64,000 nt of DNA from Felis catus. Its lineage: Eukaryota. The translations under genes were made by a program, and so were the position numbers. Position 1 is the stretch's first letter, and every line of letters starts with the position of its first letter. Shown piece by piece: positions 1-13,800 of the stretch. A model generated the notes under the pieces. The model searched no databases. It saw only the letters and a program-made list of their open reading frames with translations, and was not told where the DNA came from. The stretch lies in assembly GCF_018350175.1 (NCBI RefSeq), contig NC_058373.1, positions 104,224,001 to 104,288,000 of the forward strand, given 5' to 3'.

Positions 1-3000
1 TTAAAAACAGGTATCTATCCCAGGGGCTATACGTTTGCCAACCCCTTATCTAAAGGATGTTCGGGCAATATTCCCCACAATTTTCTAATTTAATTCATCA
101 GTCTGGGTTTTTACAAAAACCAGATAAATCCTGAAAGGTGTTTATCTCAAAATCAACAAAAAAGTAGCCTATTACATCTGTCATGCCAGATATAGTTTCT
201 CCAAGCCTCATGGTATATGGCCAATGATTTGGCAAATACATTATTTTCTATGGCAAATACACTATTTTCTGTCCCTATTGGGGGAAAAAAAAAAAAAGAG
301 GATCAGAGAGTTTACAGTCACATAGAACTGACAGTGGTATACAATTATAGCTTTGCTTCAGGACTATGTGAACTCTATTATAACATGATTTGTACCATAT
401 GAACATTCTGCAGAACACCTTACTGATCCATCATACATAACTGACATCATTGGTGGAATCTTGGTAAGATACATGTACTCATGTATATACTATACAAAGA
501 TTCCAGGGCACACTGAATCAGTAAAATTTTAAGGTAGTCAGGGGCCTTCCAGGACATCTCACCCAAAGTAAAGGAGAATTATTGTACCTTGCACATCCCA
601 CCACAAGGAAAGACACACAATACCTGATAGGACTTTCCAGGTTCTGCATGCAGGGCACACATGCTCTGGCACATATACCAAGCGACACAAAAGCAAGAAA
701 GGGCTCCGAAGAAGTGGGGGCCATACAACCAACCTTGCTGTCTGGGCCATACAACTTTGCAGACCCTATGGTATTAAAAGAATCAGTCTTAATTTAAGTA
801 TTAAAGGTATCAGTATTGGGAAACAATGTCACGTGGAGTTGTAGCAAACCTCAGTGAATAATCACAACACAAATTGCTAGATAATAAAGCAAGATCATGC
901 CATCTACAGCAGAGGATTACACACCTTGTGAGAAATAATTCCCAGTGTGCTACTAGACCCTGGTAGAGACAGCACACCTAACCACAGAGCAGGAAGTGAA
1001 CCTGCATCCAGAACTACATAGCATGAGTTGGGTTCTAAAAGACTCACCAAGATATTATGTCAACGGACTGAGAAACTATTTAACCTAGATGGATGTGGTA
1101 GACCCAGAACCAAACATGAATAGGACCAGAAAGCAAACTGCATAAGCAGGAAGCCAAACTTCTACCATTATTGTGATAGCTTCTCTCCTTCAATTTACAT
1201 GGATAGCCTTATGGGGCATCTCTTACAACCTGCTGATGGAGAAGGAAACAGCCTGAACTTGGCTCATGCAGAGAGTTGGCTAGGCATGTGGGTGCCAACT
1301 AAAAATGGACAGCAGCAGTAATTAAAACTTCATTCAGGGGAAGCCTTAAAATTCAGTGGCAAGAAAAATCCTCTCAATAGTCAAAGTTTTGGTAAAGACA
1401 TCTGGCCATCATCTTGGGTAGACAGAGAACTGACCTTAGTTTAGAATATATATGGACTCACAGACAATGGCAAAGGGCCTGACTATGAAAGGACAAAGAC
1501 TAGAAGATTGAAGACAGAGAAATCTGGGATAGAGGCATGTGCATGGACACATGAAAGTGGGCACAGAGTGTGAAGATCATTGTGCCACATGTTAACACTC
1601 GCCAGAGGACATCCACCATGGAAGAAAAATCAAACAACCAAGTAGACAAAATGATTCTGCCAGTTGACATCAGCCAGCCTTTACCCAGCATTAGCACACT
1701 GGGGACATGAACAGAAAGAACACAGTACAGAGACAACATGGCCCCCATAGCATGAGGTCCTACTTACCATGGCTGATCCAGGTACTGTCAAAACTGAATA
1801 TCTACCCTAACGGTGATAGAAACCAACTCTGAGCCCCTGAAATCACCCCATCCTTCAAGAAGACTACTAACCCAGCCACATGGTGGCAAGCTGATTACCT
1901 GGTTCCTTTCCATTTTGGATGAGTAATTCATTCTGACAAGAATAAAAGCATTCAAGTTGGGTATGCCTCTCCTCAGAGGGAGTGTCTGTTCCTGTGGCAC
2001 TGGATCCCACATATCACATCAGAGTAAAGGACCCATTTTACAGCAGACAAGGTAACCATGGATCCACTGGTCATATCACAAAGCACACCACCCAGAAGCT
2101 GTCAGTCTAATAGGGCACTGGAACAGTCTGCTGAAGGCATAGCTGAAGCGCCAGTTCAGAGACAATAACTCAACAAAGATGGAGCACTATTCTACAAGAT
2201 GCGGTATATATTCCAAATTTAAAACCTTTATATGAGGGACACCTGAGCGGCTCAGCTGGTTAAGCATCCAACTCTTGATCTCCGCTCAGGTCATGATCTC
2301 ACAGTTCATGAGGTCAAGCCCCGTGTCAGGCTCTGTGCTGATAGCATGGAGCCTGCTTGGAATTCTCTCCCCCTCTCTCTGCCCCTACCCAACTTGTGCT
2401 CTCTCTCTCTCTCTCTCTCAAAATAAATAAATAAACTTAAAAAAAAATAAAACCTTTACATGATACTGTGTTCCCACAGGAAAAACAAGAGTCTGAGAAC
2501 AAAGTATAAAAGCAGAAGTGGTCCTGCTTATAATGACTCTCCATTTGTACTTGCTATTCCCACAATTCTGGAGTCTACAGGGCTGGAAGTCTTGATCTCC
2601 AAAGGCAAAGATCTCTTTGCCTGAGCATATAGTAAGAGTCCCATTAAACTATAACTACAAGTGCTGCCTGGGCTTTGGCTGCTTCTATCCAGAGGATAAA
2701 AGGCAAGAAGAGGAGTGACCATCTTGGCAGAGGCAACAGATTCTGATTACCAGGAGGCAGGGCTGCTATTACACAATAGGTGCCGTAACAGTATTTGTGA
2801 CACACAGATATATTCGTGGAGTACTCTTGGTACTCCTTTGACCAATTCTGAAAGTACGCAAACAAGTGTAGCAACCCTGGCCTAAGATGGGTATGGTAAC
2901 CAGTTAAGCCACCAAGAGTAGTGGAGGCACTAGCTGAAAGTAAGGGGGTATTAGAATGGAGAACAGAGAAGGGAAGCATAGAAGAGAGAATTATCAGTTG

Positions 3001-3140
3001 CAACCTGAAACCAGTCACAATAGTAGGAACCACAGTTCATCCCACTAACCTTCTTCTAATTTTCCTCCCAACTGGAATGCCAAAGGAGCTGCTCCCCAAA
3101 TGCGTATGAAAAAGTGGAGCCTAGTGGCACAGAAGTGGTC
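1..3140 (+). mobile_element. ERVL-class endogenous retrovirus internal (pol) remnant, probably ERV3-16A3-like
   Basis: Degenerate RT motifs (DLANTLFS..PI at ~225-280; LAHPTTRKDTQYLIG; GPYNFADPMVL), an RNase H-like region (~1440-1650) and integrase motifs (QPHGG/ATWWQADY ~1870; HHPEAVSLIGHWNSLLK ~2085). Many stops and frameshifts; abuts an LTR. Confidence 0.85.
2236..2448 (+). mobile_element. Can-SINE inserted in the ERVL integrase region
   Basis: tRNA-derived head, (CT)n, A-rich tail; TSD aaaacctttat/catga. Confidence 0.92.
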
Positions 3141-3571
3141 TGTGGCAGACACACTGATGTATTATCCAGATCTCCCTTCAAGAAGGGACTTGTTCTAAGC
3201 TGCTACCAGTGCCATGCTGTCAGTAGAGAGCCTTTAGCTGGCAGTATTTTCAGGGATCACCTCAACTGCAGAGAATCAATTCACTCAATATCATACCTTT
3301 CCCAGTGTGGTCTATATAAATGACTAAGATAGGGACAATTTTGGTCTAAAGCAGGACAACTCTGACAGTTTATTTTTGTTTCAGAACTTGCCCCAGGGGC
3401 CAAAAACACTCTCACTGGGCCAACACTGTAACTCTATTTCTCCATACGTCCGATCTTGCATCCTTACTCTGTCCCTTCGCAGATATTCACACCAAGGGTA
3501 TCTCCTAAAAAATATTCTGCACACGAAACTCTGTCTCAAAGTCTGCTTTTCAGAGAACTCAACCTGCAACA
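3141..3571 (+). mobile_element. 3' LTR, LTR16-like (ERVL)
   Basis: TG...CA ends; preceded by a degenerate polypurine tract; ends with aaactctgtctcaaagtctgcttttcagagaactcaacctgcaaca, typical of LTR16. Confidence 0.75.
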
Positions 3572-3574
3572 CTG

Positions 3575-4120
3575 TAGTAGTCCAATGGAGAGATGATGAT
3601 AATGGCTCAAACGGAAGTGACGGTAGTGAAGATGCTAAAGAATGGTCAGGTTCACAACATTTTAAAGAATGTATTCACACAAATTGCTGGATTGGATGTG
3701 GAGACAAAGTTAAAAAGGAAATCATGATTATTCATGGAGGAACGCAGACTGAACAACTGTGTGAATGATGGGTAGTGTCATTTACTGAGACTGGGAAGAG
3801 ATGCAAGAGGGAGTGAGGAAATGAGTTCTGTTTTGCATATGACATGTTGTGGAGGTTTATTAAATATACAGTAATTGAAAATAGCACATGATTAGAAAAA
3901 TAAGTTTGTATTACAGGGAAGAAACTAGAGCTAGATATAAAATTAGAGTTATTTAAAATCTCAGAACTAGATGAAATTTAGGAAGGAGAAGAGCATGCCA
4001 ACAACATTCAGAGATAAATGAAGGAAAAGGATCCAACAAAAGAGACCAAGTAGGAGGAACTAGAGAAGGAGGAAGAAAACTCAGGAGTGAAGGAGTGTCC
4101 TGGAAGCAAAGTGCAGGTTT
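3575..4120 (-). mobile_element. L2 fragment
   Basis: Purine-rich motifs (ggattggatgtgg, tgtcatttactgaga, gagttctgttttg) typical of reverse L2. Confidence 0.6.
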
Positions 4121-4954
4121 TATCTCAGAGGCAAATTATCACTAGAGTTTAAGATAAATCAGCTACTGCTCCCAGTGGAATGAAAGTTCCAAAAAAAGCA
4201 AAAAGCAAAACCAAACAAATGAATCCCAATAACTTGCTCTCTAATACTTAATGTTGCTGCAGAGGCATTTACAATAAGAAAGATAGCCAAATTAACAGAT
4301 TTTAAGACCTCCAAATGACCAAGTCATCCCAAAGGATTCTCAAAAATCCATGTAAATAATCCCCCCAAAAATCTTTCAGAATTTCACAAACCTGACAAAG
4401 TTCTATCTTTACCTTCTATTTCACTATAGTAATTAAAAGCAAAAATTGTCCCAACAAAAATTATGCACTATAGACTAAAATGCTATTATATTAAATTCAA
4501 CTTTATGTAACTCATTATTGTAGTCAAACTGATTTCATATTTTTTACAAATGCTACCAATGACAAGAAAAACATGGAGTTTGTAGTTATTTCTATTAAAA
4601 ACTAAGACATCAAGCCCCTGGACAGGACCATGAATCCCTAATTTAACACTGTTTGAGAAAAGTGAACTTTTATATTTTCTAATAGCATCCTTTCCCAAAA
4701 CAGATCCAATACAATGTGTTACAACCACCTAGAAACTCAAAGAAACTGTAATATTTTGCCCTAGCCTATGTAAGAAAATAAATAAATAAGTATTAATTAA
4801 TTATTTAAAAAATAAGGCTCAAAGGATTTCCGAAAGAAGTATTTCTGTATCCTATTAAGCCAACAAACCATGGGTTCAAGTACTACCTACAAGGTATTTT
4901 TCTTAAATTTATTGTGCATATCATGCCAAACTAATCTTTAAAACACTGCTTTCT

Positions 4955-5172
4955 GGGGTGCCTGGGTGGCTCAGTTGGTTAAGCATCCGACTTCAGTTCA
5001 GGTCATGATCTCATGGTTGGCGAATTCAAGCCCCGCATCAGGCTCTGTGCTGATAGCTAAGAGCCTGGAGCCTGTTTCCGATTCTGTGTCTCCCTGTCTT
5101 TCTGCCCTCCCACATTCGTTCATTCTCTCTCTCTCTCAAAAACAAACATAAAAAAATAAAATTTAAAAAAAA
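4955..5172 (+). mobile_element. Can-SINE (felid type)
   Basis: GGGGTGCCTGGGTGGCTCAG head, CT-rich region, A tail; TSD cactgctttct. Confidence 0.92.
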
Positions 5173-6142
5173 GGCACTGCTTTCTTTTCATCAGAAACTT
5201 CCCTATGCAATTCCTAAACTATCAAATTCACACTCTTCTGTCTACCCTTTTAGATTCTTATCTTACATTTCCTACCCAACTTCTTTGCTCCCCAAAATGA
5301 ACAGCCACACTAGCTAGCATCAGCCAATTTCAGTCTTCTCTTCATACCCATGCTACTTCTGCTTCCTTACATGTGGCCAGGTAACTCATCCCACAAGGCT
5401 ACTCTTTCTCCTCCCACAATTTAAACACCTCTATATAATTATTCAAAGCCTGGCTCAATTCCCATTTCCTCCTTGAAGAATTCCTTCCCTACATGACCTC
5501 CACTGATTTCTTCACTCTTTAAACCCGAAAGAGGCTTAGAAATTCAAACCTCAACACAGAACACTATACTATTATCATTTATTGTTTTACAATAACTTTC
5601 GTAAGTTTCACTCTTCCCCACACTTAAATTGAAAACAGACGCAGCATCTGCTGAAATGTCATACATTTCTCTTGCTTTCCAACTGTGGTCAATAGAATAA
5701 TGTTGAGCACCACAGATGCACAATAAATCAAAACACTTGCTAGTTAGAACCATGGCCAAATCCCCTGCAGAAGATCTTGAAAATCAAGCCCTGATTCATA
5801 CACACAAAATCAGAAAGGCAGTACTACCACCCCACACACCAAAAATAAAGAACAAGCATTCTATGGTAGTATGAATCCAAAATTTTATCAGAAACCAAAT
5901 ATGAACCTTATGCAATTCTAACACTGGAACTAAATGAGTTTTACTACATTTTGCCTCTCCTTTTTTAGCCCCACTTGATTTGGTTTTCATGAGACTATGT
6001 GTTTTATGACAGATTAAGAAATGAATTACATTTATTGAGTATTGATGGTTTTTTTTTTTTTTTTTTTTTAAAGCACACAAAATGGATTCATTCTACCTAG
6101 GGAAAGGTAGGAAGACAAAGCACATTAAGACACTTAAATACA

Positions 6143-6354
6143 GGGGCACCTGGGTGGCTCAGTAAGTTAAGTATCTGACTTCAGCTCAGGTCATGATCTT
6201 GCACTCCATGAGTTCAAGCCCCACACTGGGCTCTGTGCTGACAGTTCAGAGCCTGAAGCCTGCTTCAGATTCTGTGTCTCCCTCTCTCTGTCCCTCCCCC
6301 ACTTCTGTTCTCTCTCTCTCTCAAAACTAAATAAACATTTAAAAAAAATTTTAA
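6143..6354 (+). mobile_element. Can-SINE
   Basis: Head, body and tail present; TSD aagacacttaaataca / aagacacctaagtaca. Confidence 0.92.
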
Positions 6355-6454
6355 AAGACACCTAAGTACAACTAAGGCAAACTTTTACAAGGTTAAATTT
6401 GAAAACTACCTGCAACACTGAGATGAACAGTTTTAGTTTTTTAGAGTCATTTTT

Positions 6455-6673
6455 TTAAAAATTTTTTTAAACGGTTTTTATTTATTTTTGAGACAGGGAG
6501 AGACAAAGCATGAACAGGGGAGGGTCAGAGAGAGGGAGACACAGAATCTGAAACCGGCTCCAGGCTCTGAGCTGTCAGCACAGAGCCAAACGCAGGGCTC
6601 GAACTCACGGACTGCGAGATCATGACCTGAGCCGAAGTCGGCCGCTTAACTGACTGAGCCACCCAGGCGCCCC
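6455..6673 (-). mobile_element. Can-SINE
   Basis: Reverse-complement SINE ending ccaggcgcccc; TSD ta(g/a)agtcattttt. Confidence 0.92.
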
Positions 6674-7734
6674 TAAAGTCATTTTTAATATCCATCTTGA
6701 AGGAGATGGCAGCTCTTTAAACTATGATAAAATGTGCCAATTAATCTTATTAGCAGAACTGTTTTGCAGACAATTACATGGTGGTACTTTAGACTCCTAT
6801 GAAACATTTTAGTTTCTCTTACACAAAATCTCTTTTCAGAATAGAGTATATCTCACTTCTGACAGTAAAGTAGTATCTGATTTCCATGCCCAAAAGAGAA
6901 AGGTAACAGAACATTACAGCATTTTTTATACCAGTCTCAAAAGAATCACAAATTAGGTTTAAAAATTTTAAAGCTAGAATGGTCATTAAATATCATCTTA
7001 CCCTAGTCCCTTCAACTCCTTCTTATATATAAGTAACTGAGGCAATGAAATTTAAGCCTGGTCAAGGTATTAATCCAGTATTCTAACCAGAGATTTTTCC
7101 ATTCTATTACAGTATCTTTTAAAATTATACAAAGACCATGAAAATCATCACCTAAAGTATGTAACAATATGTTACATTAGCATTTCAAATCAAATCAAAT
7201 GCATTTACCAATTTACACATTCAATGTATTACAGGCACTTAATAAACACCTCTGGAATAAAATTAAGCACGTGGATCCAAGGAATTGTTCATTTTTTTGA
7301 TTCATTATATCCTTAACAAAAATGTATATATATGATATAGTTAACTGTATTGTTATTACCATTTTCATATTTCCATTCCAAGGAAAGAAAACAGAATCAG
7401 AACAGAACAAGTTTTTAAAATATCTTATATACATAAACTTTTAGCAATCAAAACTTTTAAATTGCATACCACTCAGCTCCGGAACACACCAGGGACTCAA
7501 TATTTTACACTAATTACACATACACAGTCAATAAATGATCCTCCACTTAAAGGCTTGTTCATTCCAAAAGTTCACTACCAGGTTGGCTTGACTGGAAAAT
7601 TCAGTCTACAAAATACTTAAATATAAAACCATTATTACTCTTTAAGCATCTGCCTCTACCTCCACCACTCCACTGAGAGTGGCAGAAGCCTACTAAATCT
7701 TGGTGTAGATAAGGAGTTGATCAGCCCCAGTTCC

Positions 7735-8205
7735 AAACATCTATTGCTGCATAATTACCACTCCAATAAATTAGTGGCTTAAAATAACAATGATGATTAT
7801 TTCTTCACAAATCTGCTATTTGGGCAGGGCTCAGGAGGGGAATCTTGTCTCTGTTCCATGTCACATCTGCTGAAGCAGCTCAACTTGGCGCTAGAAGATC
7901 TACTTTCAAGCTAGCAAGTTGATGTGGACTATGGGCTAGGAGTTCAGTCAGAACTGAAAGCCTTGGCTTTCTCATTGGACTATGTGGTATGGTCGCTGGG
8001 TTCTAAGAGGGGGAATCCAAATAAGGTCAAGCATATCGCCTTTTATGACCTAACCTTGGAAATCACATAGCATCACTTCTATAGTTATAGTCCTGTCTAG
8101 ATTCAAGAAGGCAACATGGACCCTACCTCTCAACGTGAGGAGTGTCGACATCTCATTATAGGATAGCAAATTGTGGCCATCCTGGAAAACACAAGTCTCC
8201 ATGTC
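7735..8205 (-). mobile_element. MaLR LTR (MLT1-type)
   Basis: tattgctgcataa...agtggcttaaaataacaa...ttgtggccatcctggaaaa is the reverse complement of MLT1 ends. Confidence 0.7.
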
Positions 8206-8360
8206 ACCTTTTTGTAATTCTCCCCCTAGTGTGATCTCCTACTTCCAGGATTATTTCTTCTTAGTCTCCTTTGAAGGCTTTTTCTCCCTGACCTATTCTC
8301 AATCTAGTCCTGTTCTCAATCCACTTACCAATATTAATTTTAAGAAGCTACTACTCTTCT

Positions 8361-8577
8361 TTTTTTTAATTTAATGTTTTTATTTATTTTTGAGACAGAG
8401 AGAGACAGAGCATGAGCAAGGGAGGAGCAGAGAGAGAGGGAGACACAGAATCTGAAGCAGGCTCCAGGCTCTGAGCTGTCAGCACAGAGCCCAACATCGG
8501 GCTTGAACCCACAGACTGTGAGATCATGACCTGAGCTGAAGTCGGATGCCCAACCGACTGAGCCAGCCTGGTGCCCC
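8361..8577 (-). mobile_element. Can-SINE
   Basis: Perfect TSD aagctactactcttct. Confidence 0.92.
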
Positions 8578-8759
8578 AAAAGCTACTACTCTTCTAATGG
8601 CATTCTTCTAAGCAGTTCAAACATCGATTTGTTTAATCTTAGAGATAACTCTCTAAGGTAGGTACTATTACTATCCTCATTTTACAGATAAGAAAACAGG
8701 TACAGAAAGGTCAGGTAACTTGTCCAAGATCATAAAATAGTAAGGGATAAAGCTGAGAG

Positions 8760-9560
8760 ATGTCATCCATTCCCAGGTCTAAACAGCCACACATAAAAGA
8801 TGAAGATTCCCAAAATAATTTGTTATCTCCACCTGTGGTGTCTTTCTGAAATACTAATTCATATTTCCAACTGCCTTCTGGACTTCTTCACCAGGATGTC
8901 TTACTAAAAACTTAAAACAAAGGTTTAAAAAATGAATACATGATCCCTTCCCTCTGAAAGGGTCTTTCCTATTTTCTCTGTCACAGTTAATCAATCACCA
9001 ACCACCTACTTTTCTAACTTCATAAATTTGGAATTAACTCCTCAGTAATCAAAATCTTTTGATTCTTCTTCCAAAATGTCTTCCCAAATTTCCTGCTTTC
9101 TCTGTCCCCACCGAATTAGGTCAGAATTTCACCTGCCTAGACAAGAACTATGCCTGGCAGGGTATGACTTCTATTTTACCAGCTAACAATTTCTTCCTCA
9201 TTGAAGGCCATTCTTCACAGTAACATTAAAATTATCTGCCTCTCCACTCCTACCCCCCTCCAACAAAAGTCATGGCAGCCCCCATAAGCATGGCCTATAA
9301 GGCTTTCTCAAAGATTCCCCCAAACTGCCTCTGTGGTCCGAATGCCTTGCTATGAGCCACCATTCCACATGCCTAAAACATGCATACACAGACCCGATCT
9401 CTTCTCAACTCAATGTTTTCCTGAACACAGTTCACCTTAAAAATTAGTCACTTCTCTCTCTGCCTTGGAATGCCCTTCTTCTGCTTGAGAAGTTTCTAGT
9501 CATCTATCAATACCCAGTTTATATGTCAATACTATATGAAAGCTTTCCTAATTATCCCAG
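8760..9560 (+). mobile_element. L2 fragment
   Basis: Pyrimidine-rich L2 motifs (atatttccaactgcc...ggacttcttcaccaggatgtc; tctgccttggaatgcccttc). Confidence 0.55.
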
Positions 9561-9621
9561 GAAGAGATTGTGTACTTGTACTACACTGTATTATCTGTTA
9601 ATATATATCTCCCTGTAATAC

Positions 9622-10800
9622 TGTAATATAACAAATACATATATATGTATATAAAATATACATATTAAAAAAAATTTTTTTATGTTTATTTATTTTTCTT
9701 GAGAGACACAGAGACAGAATGCAAGTGGGTTAGGGGCAGAGAGGGAGACACAGAATCTGAAGCAGGCTCCAGGCTCTGAGCTGTCAGCACAGAGCCTGAT
9801 GCGGGGCTCGAACTCACGAGCTGTGAGATCATGACCTGAGCTGAAGTCTGACACTCAACCGACTGAGCCACCCAGGCGCCCCTAAAATATACATATTTTA
9901 AGAAATACACATTTTAGTCTTTGTACTTAGCTCCTGACTATAGTTTCTAAAGCCTTTGTTTTTTCCTAAGTGAAAAATGTGCTAGAAGCATCTTTTGTTC
10001 TAATATTTGGTCTTTAGCTCTGGTTCCAGATGCAGAGCTCCTAAAACCCTTGTAATTTCTTGAGTGATGTGGTTGATAGGAGCATCTGACGTAGAGCACC
10101 TAAATCTTGGAATTTCCTGGGTGTCTTTTGTTCTACTGAAGCAACAGGGCTCCTGGATGAGGGCTGGTTGCCAGAAAGATCAAGCATGATTAGAAGCCCC
10201 TCTACTCCTGAATTAACTGAGTTAATAATTGGTTATTCCTAAGTGATAAAGCCTCTATAAAAATCTTTAAAAAATCTCTGAAGTATGGGGTTCAGAGAAC
10301 TTCCAGGTTGCTGAATACATCAAAGTGCTGGGAGGGTGGTGCACCGAGGGAGGGAATGAAAGTGCTATGCTCTTTCCTCTATACCTTGCCACATACATCT
10401 CTTCCATCTGGTTGTTCCCAAGTCACATCCCTTGGTAATAAACTCATAATCTAGTTTGTAAACTGTTTTCCTGAGTTCTGGGAGCTGTTCTAGCAAATTA
10501 TCGAATCTGAGGAGGTGGTCATGAGAACCTCTAATTTACAGCTAGTTTGTTAGAAGCACAGGTAACCTGGACTGCCGCTGGTATCTGAAGTGGTGGCATT
10601 CCTGTGGTACTGAGCCCTTAACTTGTGAGATCTGATGCCAACTCCAAGTACACAGTGTCAGAATTGAACTGAACTGTAGAACACCCAGTCACTGTCTGCT
10701 GGAAAACTGCACTGTTGTGGGTAAAAGCTGTACACATCCGGGGTCAGGATGAATAATTGAGACTAGTGATAGAGTGTTGAGAGAACAGAGTTCTTTTCCT
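9622..10800 (+). mobile_element. MER21-like ERVL LTR (SINE nested)
   Basis: Repeated motifs gagctcctaaaacccttg.aatttc and gcatcttttgttctaatatttggtc, characteristic of MER21. Confidence 0.65.
9667..9882 (-). mobile_element. Can-SINE
   Basis: TSD taaaatatacatatt; nested in the start of an LTR-like element. Confidence 0.92.
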
Positions 10801-13800
10801 TTCATTCCCCCAAGTAGGTTTTTAACTCAAACCATCTTTTAACTCCAGTACTTGAAATGACTTCTGTCCTAGTACTCAATAATTGTTTGGGGAATAAACA
10901 CATTTCATAAAATACACGATAATTAATTAATCGGTAGCCACGTTCCACAAACACTTATCTAACAGCTAACATGGCTAAAACAAGAAGCATTTCAGCAGCG
11001 AGAAGGTAAAGGAGTGGTGCTTACTTGCATATCTCATGTTGACTTATATTTAGCCAGTTAATTGAACAAGAGAGATTTTTCACTACATTTAAATAACTTT
11101 TGTAACTTAGTTTCAAAATCCAAGAAACATAAATGTGTTTGTGCGCAAAAAATGTGTTCCTGGCTATTTAAATTCTAATCTGGAGGTCAAAACAAACATT
11201 GTTACCACAGTTAAATTACTTGACTTCAAACACAATTATCAAGATACCTACATTCACAGGAAAGAAAAAAGTCAAATTCTTAATCCTGGCATTTAGGACC
11301 TCCACAATTAAACCCCAAATTACCTTACATGCCACTCCTCTTCTTCATGCATGCTATACTCCAGCCAAAGTGGAACTCTTCCCCTTGCCTCAAGGATCTA
11401 GACTTGCCTCCCTTTGTGTGTTGTCTTTTACTGTCTACTTTATGAGAAAGTCCCTCCATGCAGTTGCACAAACTCAAATCTAACAGGTCCTTTATACATC
11501 ATTCAAATGCCACCTCTTAATCCTTTCCCACTTCTAGAGGTAAATCTTCTCAACTCCTACAGCACTTTGACACCATTTACAACTTTGTTTCAAGTGTACA
11601 TAGTTGTGCATCTATATTCTCTCCTCATATTTAATAATAAGGGCAAGTTCTATATGTAATTAAACATTTCCCAAAGTATGCTCCATGGAATTCACAAAAT
11701 TAACAAGCAGTAGAAAATATAACAATCTTTAATATATGGAGGTATGTTGTAAACCTCTAATGAAACAAAGTATGCCCATTTCCAAAACTTATTTGGCCTC
11801 TAAACCATTTGGGTTATTTTGCAGCACATCTCATAGGACTAATATTTCTATGGCATTCCTTTTGAGGCATGCAGTCTCATTAATCTTGGCATCTTCTCTT
11901 GAACTTAATAGGAACTCAACAAACATTTGTTGAATGAATGGGTAATGGACCCTGGTTAACAAAGAACTCCTCCATAAAGGTAGCCTGCCCAAAAAGAAGA
12001 CTCCAAGAATGACAGCAGAGAAAAACAGTAAGACTACAATGTCCTCGGTAATGCAGTAAGAGAAGAGAGGAGTATCTGTGACAACAGAAGAAGAATTTAC
12101 TACCTCAGCCACTTTTTATATGCAGAGGACATAATTAATCCAAACCACACAGGAATTCCTAGTTGCAATGCCCATCCTGAGGTAAACATGGAGATAGAAC
12201 TTTTCAGCAAGTCTGTCAAAAAGGGTTGAAACTATGAAGATATTCCGGTCAGTTTCCAGGACACATGTTATTAAAATAACTCTTCTTCTTTTAGAGTCTT
12301 ATTGTTGATCCTATGAGACTTCCTCTTATGATGTAAACACCCTCATACAACAAAATAAAACTCCAGGATATGATTTAGTAATAGATGTTTCAGTTAACAC
12401 TTTATGAAATTTCATGGATTGAAAGCATAATTTTGTATTGATTTAACCTCATCTCCAATGTGGAAAAATGAAAGCAGAAACCAGGATGCATAAAAACAAA
12501 ATATCCTGACTACATCCTGACCTGTTTCCTACAGTTCTCTAGCTATGTCTAAAAAACGGGAAGAGAAGAAGACCCTCCCTAACATGTCCTACAATCTAGA
12601 TCCTATGGTAGTAGCAACAGGAAACGGCAGCGATGACTGGGGTTTGTTTTCTGTTTTCCTCCTCACTCAAAAGCAGAGAGACCAACTTTTCACTTAGGGA
12701 TGAAAGCTTACTCAAGAGTGGAGTCCACTGCAGGGCTGAAAAGATAAATACATTTCCTAATCATAACTATTAACATTTAATTGTAACTTTTAACACAACA
12801 TGCTTTTAATTTTGATGAAGCAAGAAGAGAAAGTCACATGAATTAAGATCTATGCATGTGTACGGCTGTCCTAGGAACCCTGTGGCCACAGGACTAGTCT
12901 GCCATCACTGATCAGTTAAGTGAATGTTACCAGCTATACATAAGGAGTCACTCAGTTAAGTTAAATCCTAATTTGGTTTAACTACTTTACTAAATGGCAT
13001 GACCCTAGAAAGCAAATATAAATATTTACTACCCACCCCCAAATATATATATGTATTTCTCTACCTCCTCCCCTCTACCCCAGGAGGGGAAGGAGGGCAG
13101 AAATCAAATATATTTTAAAGTTAGGGGACTCATGTGGTCAAACATTTAAAGAAAAATAGATATAAGATGGTCCAAAACACAACTGGAAACGTCAAGCAGG
13201 ATTAAGTCACAGGTTAATGCCTTATGAATCATGTAACAGAATAACAGTTTTCTGTTAACAGTATTTCATGAAGTGTATTAAAGATCTCAACTTCATGAAC
13301 AGTTTTCTACCTTTATGAGACGTGAAAAATAAAACAAGAAACGACAGAACTATTTAGTATCTGGCCCAGGAACATACAATAAAAGCTTTTAGCAAAGGAG
13401 TGTCTTCCTGCTCCTGAATCAATCAATAAACAGATGGCACAATTATGAAATTTGAGAAGTTAATATAATCTACCTCCCAACACTTATATCTGAGAACATA
13501 CAATTAATATTTCCAAATTCTCTCCTGTAATTCTCTCTCTTCACTCACAAATTACTATTTGATTATTAGCTATTATAACAATAATATATGTTATTCCTCT
13601 CAACAAAAGCATGATCTATCCAGGAGCTGAAAGAAATCCAAAATATAGTAACAGTAACATATGAAAAGTTCCCAATTGTTGCAACAACTGTGGCCAAATT
13701 TCAAGCCCAAACTGCTGACTCTGAAGCAGAAAATCCAATCTTCACTTGCGGAGAAATTCTCTATTGTCAACTACAGTCGTCTCAATTGTTATACTTTTGC

